Of a stretch of DNA of 64,000 nt, positions 46,627 to 52,862 are shown one piece after another. The notes beneath the pieces are model-generated. The model made no database searches. It worked only from the letters and a program-made list of their open reading frames with translations, and was not told the DNA's origin. Source of the DNA: Candidatus Micrarchaeota archaeon (GTDB lineage: Archaea; Micrarchaeota; Micrarchaeia; Micrarchaeales; CABMGC01); NCBI GenBank assembly GCA_027365175.1, contig DAHXNY010000001.1, forward strand, positions 51,052 through 115,051. The letters are read 5' to 3'. Numbering within the stretch: position 1 is the stretch's first letter; every line of letters starts with the position of its first letter. The translations under genes were made by a program, and so were the position numbers.

Positions 46627-48225
46627 ATGGCTGAATCAGGTTCAGGTTTGGGGGCAAGGGCGGCTGGCACCATATACCCTCTATTTATCGGAAATGCACT
46701 TGGCGTCTTGCTTGCAGCATTCAAGATAATAATAGCGACAAGACTGTTGGGAGCTGCACTGTTCGGTGTTTACGTATTCATAGTCAGCTATTATACCCTT
46801 ATAGGTAGCGTTACGGACTTCGGCATCTCCTCCTATTTCAAGAGGTATGTGGCTGAGTTAAACTACAAAAGGGATGGGAGGGGCATGCAGAAGGTGCTCT
46901 CTGCGGGTTTTGCTGCAGTAGCGCTAGTCAGTTTGCTACTTGCGCTGCTTGGAATTCTGCTGAGCGGATACGTGGCTTCGGTATTCGGGAGCACGATAGG
47001 AGTGGCGCAGCCGCTTCTTGAGCTAGGCTCACTGATACTCTTCTCGACCATAATGTATGGGGCTGTTGCAGGAATCCTCATAGGGCTCGGCAAGGGCGCC
47101 TATTTCTCAATAGCATATCTTGCATACATGGCATCGGATCTTGCAATCACGGCCTACACCCTGCTCAATGGTTATGGTGTTGTAGGAATACTGCTGGGTA
47201 CGCTCATAGGAAGCATTATAGGGCTTATAGTGGCGCTCTTCTACATAAACAGGTATCTATCGCAGTACATGGATTTCTGCCCGTGGTATCCGAAGGTGCC
47301 TGACATAAAAAAGGCGCTTGGGTTCTCATATCCGCTTGCCATCTATAACTTCTTTACAAACAGCTTACAGAATTTCTCAGTCATCCTTCTTGGCTTTTTT
47401 GTAAGCGAGACTGTGATAGGAAATTACGGAACTGCGCTGAAAGGGCTCTCCGTGCTCCTTGTATTCTATGGTTCCGTGGTCTCGGTGATGCTCCCTACAT
47501 TTGCAGAAGCTGCAAAGAAGAGCGTGAAGAGAGCCTATAGCGAAGGCGTCTTCAATGCCTCGGTCCTCTATTCGGTGTTTGTTACATTTCCAATCCTGCT
47601 CTTCTTCGCAGTATTCAGCAAGTCCCTGATATACATACTGATAGGGAGCAGCTATACGCTTGCACCGTTTTACCTGACACTGATAGCGATAGGGACGATC
47701 ATGGGGCTGGTAGGTTTCTTTTCAGGCTCTATGCTGATAGCAAGAGGGCTTACAAGGAAGATCCTGAAATATGGCGCGCTCTCCTCTCTTCTGCAGTTTG
47801 TTTCTATGCTGCTTATGGTACCTTACTTTGGAGTGGTAGGTGCAATAGTAGGGATATTCTTCATAGGAAGCATCGCTAACAGCACGTTCTTCACCCTTGC
47901 GGTTTCACGCATGCTGAAGATAAGGATTAATCTTGCTAAACTCGCCAGGCTATCCCTGGCAAATATAGGAGCTGCGATCCTGATGCTGGTTGCATTGCTT
48001 GCAACCCAGTCTATGGCAGTTGAGATAATAGCAGGGTTGGCCATACTGGTAATAGCATATCCTGCATTCGTAGTGATTTCAAGGGCCATGGATAGCAAGG
48101 AGATAGAATATTTCAGATCAAGCACCTCTTCGCTTGCCTTTGCAGGACCTATGATAGGAGCAGTATGTGGGTATATGGCGGCAATAGGAGAGAAAATAGG
48201 TATTGATGCGCCAGCCGGGATTTGA
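46627..48225 (+). CDS. oligosaccharide/polysaccharide flippase (MOP/Wzx-like)
   Basis: 532 aa with about 14 TM helices and MATE-like repeat organisation. The last 19 nt overlap the antisense tRNA-Gly. Confidence 0.7.
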   Translation: MAESGSGLGARAAGTIYPLFIGNALGVLLAAFKIIIATRLLGAALFGVYVFIVSYYTLIGSVTDFGISSYFKRYVAELNYKRDGRGMQKVLSAGFAAVALVSLLLALLGILLSGYVASVFGSTIGVAQPLLELGSLILFSTIMYGAVAGILIGLGKGAYFSIAYLAYMASDLAITAYTLLNGYGVVGILLGTLIGSIIGLIVALFYINRYLSQYMDFCPWYPKVPDIKKALGFSYPLAIYNFFTNSLQNFSVILLGFFVSETVIGNYGTALKGLSVLLVFYGSVVSVMLPTFAEAAKKSVKRAYSEGVFNASVLYSVFVTFPILLFFAVFSKSLIYILIGSSYTLAPFYLTLIAIGTIMGLVGFFSGSMLIARGLTRKILKYGALSSLLQFVSMLLMVPYFGVVGAIVGIFFIGSIANSTFFTLAVSRMLKIRINLAKLARLSLANIGAAILMLVALLATQSMAVEIIAGLAILVIAYPAFVVISRAMDSKEIEYFRSSTSSLAFAGPMIGAVCGYMAAIGEKIGIDAPAGI

Positions 48226-48280
48226 ACCCGGGTTATTGCCTTGGGAAGGCAAAGTCCTGGCCAGGCTAGACTACTGGCGC
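48207..48280 (-). tRNA. tRNA-Gly(CCC)
   Basis: Hand-folded: acceptor GCGCCAG/CTGGCGC, anticodon arm TTGCC-TTCCCAA-GGCAA, T arm CCGGG-TTCAAAT-CCCGG. 74 nt. Confidence 0.9.
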
Positions 48281-49033
48281 CTATCTAATATAAGGCATTC
48301 CTTCTGAAGGTTTTGATGGATCGCGTGTATCTATAGACTGCTCTATCTCCTTTATCACGCGCTCGGTCTCCTTTTTGAGTTTGTCCAGATTTTCAAGCTC
48401 TATCTTCGTGCCTATTATATTCTCCATTACGCGCAGGACGGCTCTGGCTGCGCTTGCGTCTATCTCTAGGAAGCCTGTCTCACCCATAAGGCATGCTGAA
48501 GGTATGCCATACTTCTGTGCGAAGACAGGTATGAGCCCTGCTGATCCCCATATAGTGCCTGTTATCTTCCCGAATATTACGCCATTCTTTTCCAGCTCCT
48601 TCCTCATGGTCTTGTCATTCGAAACAGCAAAGACCCTTGGAGATTCCGTATATTTGTTTGACGCGTTGTATCCGCCTATTGTATAGATGCGCGTTCCACC
48701 GAGTTTCTTGAAAAACTTGACTATCAGCTCATTTATCTCATACTGACCTTCCGATGATGGAGACTGCGTATCTCCAAGAAGTACCAGTATATCTTTTCCT
48801 TTTATGTTTTTGTGATAGAATCTGTTGCTTACGGCTCTGAAGCCTCCGCTCTTGAGCATCAGGACCTGGTGCAAAAAGTATGGAGAATAGAGAGTTGCGA
48901 ATCTCTCGGCCTTTATCGATTTCCTTATATGCTCCGCAGCAAGATTGCCGACGTTTCCTATGCCTGGCAGCCCTACTATAAGTATTGGATCCTTTAGCTT
49001 CTTTTTCTTGTAGTATATCTTGGTTTTGTCCAG
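48281..49033 (-). CDS. PAC2-family (proteasome assembly chaperone-like, COG1938) protein, apparent CTG start
   Basis: The ORF track gives only 48281..48874 (TTG). The same frame continues upstream as LDKTKIYYKKKKLKDPILIVGLPGIGNVGNLAAEHI, the hallmark PAC2 N-terminus. It contains no ATG/GTG/TTG back to an in-frame TGA. CTG 49033 sits behind GTGA-N4. Confidence 0.75.
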   Translation of the reverse strand: MDKTKIYYKKKKLKDPILIVGLPGIGNVGNLAAEHIRKSIKAERFATLYSPYFLHQVLMLKSGGFRAVSNRFYHKNIKGKDILVLLGDTQSPSSEGQYEINELIVKFFKKLGGTRIYTIGGYNASNKYTESPRVFAVSNDKTMRKELEKNGVIFGKITGTIWGSAGLIPVFAQKYGIPSACLMGETGFLEIDASAARAVLRVMENIIGTKIELENLDKLKKETERVIKEIEQSIDTRDPSKPSEGMPYIR

Positions 49034-49037
49034 GCAA

Positions 49038-49796
49038 TCACTTGTTCACTTTCTTAAACGCGTACTGTATCTCCGATGAATGCTTTTCCAATACCGCTTC
49101 GGCACTCTTTATCCTCGCTTCTGCCTTTGTGTAATCGGAATCTGTTGATGTCAGGGAGTAGTGCGGCGCTCCCAGGTATCTGGTTTCGTTGCCCATTGCA
49201 GCTATCTCCTTCAGGAGCGTCTTTATCAGCGCTATGCCTTTCTGGGGGTTTGTAACGTTCATCTCCAGATTGTATGAAACAGTATATGTTTTGGGTTTTA
49301 TGTTTTTCTTTGCTGCTTCATAGAATGCTTCCTTGAAGGTATTGTCGCCGCAAGCTGCAAGTGGATCCTTGTCTTCGTAAGCAAGAGTGAGCAATTCGTG
49401 GTAGGTTAGTATGTTCAGGGGTATCTTGCTTATTATCTCCTCTTTAGCATTCTCTTTCTTTGCGAGCTTTGCCGTGCTGTCGAATATCGCCTTTGCCCTT
49501 TTCTCGGCGCTGTAATCGTTTATCTTATCCTTCTTCTCCTTCTGGGTTACCTTTTTCAGTGAAATATCTACTGCATTCTTCGTCGGATCGATGAAGATTA
49601 CCTTTGCTACATCCTGCTGGCCTTCCCTTATGAATTCGTGTATGTTCTTTATCCATCCTGAAGATACTTCAGAGATGGGAAGATATGCATCAACACCATA
49701 CTCTTCGAGCTTGCAGTACGCACCGTGGGGGGTAACCTTTGTTATCTTTATTATTACGAACTCTCCCTGCACGGGAAGCTCTTTTTTTCTCAACAT
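49038..49796 (-). CDS. eif2a: translation initiation factor aIF-2 alpha subunit
   Basis: N-terminal S1 domain (LPVQGEFVIIKITKV..GAYCKLEEYG.DAYLPISEVS), then the helical and alpha-beta domains. Confidence 0.9.
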   Translation of the reverse strand: MLRKKELPVQGEFVIIKITKVTPHGAYCKLEEYGVDAYLPISEVSSGWIKNIHEFIREGQQDVAKVIFIDPTKNAVDISLKKVTQKEKKDKINDYSAEKRAKAIFDSTAKLAKKENAKEEIISKIPLNILTYHELLTLAYEDKDPLAACGDNTFKEAFYEAAKKNIKPKTYTVSYNLEMNVTNPQKGIALIKTLLKEIAAMGNETRYLGAPHYSLTSTDSDYTKAEARIKSAEAVLEKHSSEIQYAFKKVNK

Positions 49797-49800
49797 TTTA

Positions 49801-50082
49801 TCAGTGCTTTATCTCGATCTTCTTCTTCGTCCTCCTGCCGAACACCCTCTCTGTAGTTTTCTTGCATACAGTGCACTGCACCATTACCTTTTGCCTCTTC
49901 CCTAGTTTCTTAGGGTGTATTTTTGGCTCTACGCTGCCCACATAACCTTTAATTGCCCTATTGTGCCTCCTTGTACCAAGACTTAACCCGGACTGCGGCT
50001 TTTTGTTATATGGCTTCACAAGCTGTTTTGTATGCTTGCCGCAGAATTTGCAATACATATTCAATTCCTTGTCTATTTTCAT
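49801..50082 (-). CDS. rpl44e: ribosomal protein L44e (eL42)
   Basis: Motifs YCKFCGKHT and a second CTVCKK Zn-ribbon half. Basic, 93 aa. Confidence 0.9.
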   Translation of the reverse strand: MKIDKELNMYCKFCGKHTKQLVKPYNKKPQSGLSLGTRRHNRAIKGYVGSVEPKIHPKKLGKRQKVMVQCTVCKKTTERVFGRRTKKKIEIKH

Positions 50083-50090
50083 AAAATCAC

Positions 50091-50537
50091 TTAGCCTATT
50101 TTCTCTCCTATATTGTTTTCTATTATAAACATAACATCGTCATTGCTGTTTATATCTATTATCTCGTTTTTGTTGTATGGCCCTAGTTTTGTGCCAGTGT
50201 TTGTTATTATTTCTGGTACGTCCATATTTATCTTGATTTTGGTAGAATTTTGTATTTTACCTTTCTTCAAAACCGCTCTTATTTTAGAATATATCTCGTT
50301 TTCCTCATCAGCGACTTCGTTGCCTATCTGCTTGTCATATGCAATGTACATTAGTATTTTCTGGGTCCTTTTTTCTTTTAGAAAGCCTAGTGTGTTGGTG
50401 ATGTTTGTCTTTTCAACCTCATTTTTGGAGTTTCTGACCAGCTCTTCAGCTTCCTTATAAAAATCTTTTTTCATAGGGAGGAGTTTGCTTGTGTTCTTCT
50501 CTTTTTTATAAAAATCTATAAGATCTAAGTAATCCAT
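50091..50537 (-). CDS. GINS-family protein (Gins51/COG1711-like, tentative)
   Basis: The N-terminal helical A-domain pattern is LIDFYKKEK..LLPMKKDFYKEAEELV..KRTQKILMYIAY. The small C-terminal B-domain pattern is INMDVPEIITNTGTKLGPYNKNEIIDI..DVMFIIENNIGEKI. Confidence 0.55.
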   Translation of the reverse strand: MDYLDLIDFYKKEKNTSKLLPMKKDFYKEAEELVRNSKNEVEKTNITNTLGFLKEKRTQKILMYIAYDKQIGNEVADEENEIYSKIRAVLKKGKIQNSTKIKINMDVPEIITNTGTKLGPYNKNEIIDINSNDDVMFIIENNIGEKIG

Positions 50538-50549
50538 TTTTACACAACA

Positions 50550-50659
50550 GGGTTGAGTTCCACTAATATTTTATTTTTCTTTGCAAAATAAAAATAAATA
50601 CTAAAGCGTAATTTACTACTATATATTATATAAGTAACCTGAATAGTGGAACTGCACCC
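50550..50659. repeat. inverted 16-bp repeat (GGGTTGAGTTCCACTA / TAGTGGAACTGCACCC) flanking a 78-bp AT-rich spacer
   Basis: The arms match 14/16 after reverse-complementing. The spacer has 13 G/C in 78 nt by hand count. The right arm is embedded in a 19-mer that recurs exactly at 1810-1828. Confidence 0.8.
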
Positions 50660-50668
50660 TCTACTGTA

Positions 50669-50743
50669 TAGCGAGAGGTGGATTTGAACCACCGATCTCC
50701 GGGTTATGAGCCCGGCGGGCACTCCAGTCTACCCTACCTCGCT
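50669..50743 (-). tRNA. initiator tRNA-Met(CAU)
   Basis: Hand-folded with an A1:U72 acceptor end (AGCGAGG/TCTCGCT). The anticodon stem CCGGG/CCCGG carries three consecutive G:C pairs above the loop CTCATAA. T arm GGTGG-TTCAAAT-CCACC. Confidence 0.85.
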
Positions 50744-50776
50744 ACTGTAATATCAGAAGGACAAGATTACTTTACC

Positions 50777-51565
50777 TTACTTACTTTTTAAACCTTTTAT
50801 AAAAAGCTTGGCATTCTCCCTATCTACCATATCAAGCTTGCTTCCACAGTCTGAGCATTTAAAGCTATATTCCAGAGCAGAATCGAAAGGAAGCACTATC
50901 ATGTTGTTTTCATAGCATTTCTTGCACAAGAAGAAGTCATTGCAGTTCTCAGGGAGAACCGCCTCAGCAGCAACAGGTGCGTTCTTATGCATATTTGCAT
51001 ACTCGGAAAGCTTTTCAGCATCTATCCTCCATGTAAAAATGAGCCAGCCGCTATTGTCCTTAGTCACATCGTACTTGGTTATTCCATGGCCATTCATCAT
51101 GTTAAGCGCCCTCCTTACCTCATTTATCTTCATCTCAAGCTTCTCCGCAAGCTTCTCATCTGTCTGGGGCTTCTTATAAAGGATCTTAACTATATCCACA
51201 GACCTATCCCCTACTGTGGTGGTCAGATGCTCAGTGAAATAAGGATCAGTAAAAACCTCCTCAACAACCTTCATATCATGCTTTCTCTGCTCATGCTCCA
51301 AAACCTCAGCTTCCTTCTCCCTGCGCTCCTTCAGGCTCTCCTTAACAACAGCCTTGGGCATTATTTTGGCATTCTTGTGAACGTCCTTAACATTAACTAC
51401 TGCCTTCTTTACAGCGTGCTGCCCCTGTTGCGTTGAATGCACTACTGCCTTGTGCGGCTTTATGCGCAGATGCGCCTTATTTGCCTTCTTTGCAGTAGGC
51501 TTTGGATGAACCTTATTCTTAGAACTACTTCCTCTGTTTTTGTTTGGTTTTGGCATGAGGATCAC
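50777..51565 (-). CDS. tfe: transcription factor E (TFE alpha / TFIIE-alpha homologue) with ~100-aa basic N-terminal extension
   Basis: Winged helix (SVDIVKILYKKPQTDEKLAEKLEMKINEVRRALNMM..GWLIFTWRID) and a Zn ribbon (CKKC...CSDCGSKL). The start is GTG 51565 or ATG 51556. Confidence 0.8.
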   Translation of the reverse strand: MILMPKPNKNRGSSSKNKVHPKPTAKKANKAHLRIKPHKAVVHSTQQGQHAVKKAVVNVKDVHKNAKIMPKAVVKESLKERREKEAEVLEHEQRKHDMKVVEEVFTDPYFTEHLTTTVGDRSVDIVKILYKKPQTDEKLAEKLEMKINEVRRALNMMNGHGITKYDVTKDNSGWLIFTWRIDAEKLSEYANMHKNAPVAAEAVLPENCNDFFLCKKCYENNMIVLPFDSALEYSFKCSDCGSKLDMVDRENAKLFIKGLKSK

Positions 51566-51731
51566 TTTTGAGGGACAGGATAGTATTATACATGTCCTTC
51601 TATTTAAACATATTGCTTCAATCAGACCTAGAGCAGATCGCCTACACTAAAATATGCCTTTCCTGATATTTAAATACGATGGTCTTGCCTCTGGAGTCTA
51701 TAAGGCTCCGGCTAAGGAATACGCCATAATA

Positions 51732-51806
51732 TGGGCCCGGAGGGATTTGAACCCTCGACTTGCTGGTTAAGAGCCAGCCACTCTGACCAAACTGAGTTAC
51801 GGACCC
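51732..51806 (-). tRNA. tRNA-Lys(CUU)
   Basis: Hand-folded: acceptor GGGTCCG/CGGGCCC, anticodon arm GCTGG-CTCTTAA-CCAGC, T arm GAGGG-TTCAAAT-CCCTC. 75 nt. Confidence 0.9.
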
Positions 51807-52693
51807 GGTTGTCTTCTCTTCCTGGCTGCGCCAGCCATATTCATCATGATAAGGCTTGCAAGATGTGCGGTTATCCCCCCGGAATCATACCTGGGGTTCA
51901 GCTCCATCACATCAAAACCAAGATTTACGCTCTTTCCTATAGTAGAAGCAATATATAATATTTCCCTTGCTGCAAGACCGCCAGGCACCGGGGTGCCGAC
52001 TCCAGGAGCGAATGCAGGATCAACAGAGTCAAGGTCTATAGAGACATACACATTGTCTGTTATTATGCTTCTTGCATACTTCGAAACAGCAACTATCCCC
52101 TCCTCTATTATCCTGTCCATTCCAACAAACTTGATCCCTGCTTCTTCAACTACGGCCTTCTCCTCCCTCTCTATAGCACGAGCTCCTATTATCAGGCTCG
52201 AGCTAGGCTCAACATTCTCCAAAGCAAGAACATCATGCACCACCGAACCGTAATATCTTCCGGCAGAGCCTATGCTGTCAGGGTGCGCATCTATATATAC
52301 AAAACTCCACGAATCAACGCAAGAATCTATGCCCTTAAGTATGTCATAGGTTATCGAATGGTCTCCCCCTATGCAACCCACCACTCTCTTATCTAAAACC
52401 TGCCTCCTTGCAAAACCCGCCGTCCTTGCCTTCGAGATGTTCCCGGCATCATAACAATTAAGCGCACCCAAACCTAACCTGCTATACATGACAGATAAAC
52501 CATTTCCCCTCTTTACAGCATCGAATTTCACAGACGCTGCCCTTGCAGCAGCCGGGCCACCTGAACTTCCCCTCCTAGGCGCCCTTGAGCCTCTCTCACT
52601 CGCAACTCCAAATACGACAGTATCTGCATCTTTTTCACCAGGAGAGGTGCACCACGGGAAAACAAGTTTTCTGCCTTTTGCCAAAAATAACAC
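51797..52693 (-). CDS. speB: agmatinase/ureohydrolase (arginase family)
   Basis: Mn-binding motifs GGDHSITY, IDAHPD and SIDLDSVDPAFAPGVGTP. The 3' end overlaps tRNA-Lys by 10 nt on the same strand. Confidence 0.85.
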   Translation of the reverse strand: MLFLAKGRKLVFPWCTSPGEKDADTVVFGVASERGSRAPRRGSSGGPAAARAASVKFDAVKRGNGLSVMYSRLGLGALNCYDAGNISKARTAGFARRQVLDKRVVGCIGGDHSITYDILKGIDSCVDSWSFVYIDAHPDSIGSAGRYYGSVVHDVLALENVEPSSSLIIGARAIEREEKAVVEEAGIKFVGMDRIIEEGIVAVSKYARSIITDNVYVSIDLDSVDPAFAPGVGTPVPGGLAAREILYIASTIGKSVNLGFDVMELNPRYDSGGITAHLASLIMMNMAGAARKRRQPGP

Positions 52694-52862
52694 CTGTTAC
52701 AAAGTATGTACATAAAAGCATTATAAACACGCTATTTCTGCTCCAAAAACCGTTCCCAGAGAACGCTTTTAATAGTTAATGTGCAATAGTTATATGGATA
52801 AAAACAATTCTTAGTTACTACAATTTTAACCTCGGGAAAACAACTCTATAAACGCTGATAAA

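Noticed and set aside
48738-49037. 99-aa ORF starting at TTG 49037 (MPGQNQDILQ...).
   Set aside because: It is the +1 frame of the PAC2 N-terminal region. Its translation is Arg/Lys/Gln-rich with no family resemblance, whereas the other frame encodes the conserved LPGIGNVG motif. It is kept only as the frameshift alternative in the CTG-start finding.
50550-50659. MITE interpretation of the inverted repeat (terminal inverted repeats around a short AT-rich core).
   Set aside because: The flanks (caaca / tctac) show no target-site duplication. The copy at 1810 is a solo arm without a partner. MITE origin is not fully excluded but is less consistent than a protein-binding-site reading.
50540-50722. 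60-aa minus-strand ORF covering the inverted-repeat region and part of tRNAi-Met.
   Set aside because: It runs through a tRNA gene and the AT-rich spacer. The sequence looks like translated tRNA and spacer, so it is not credible as a protein.
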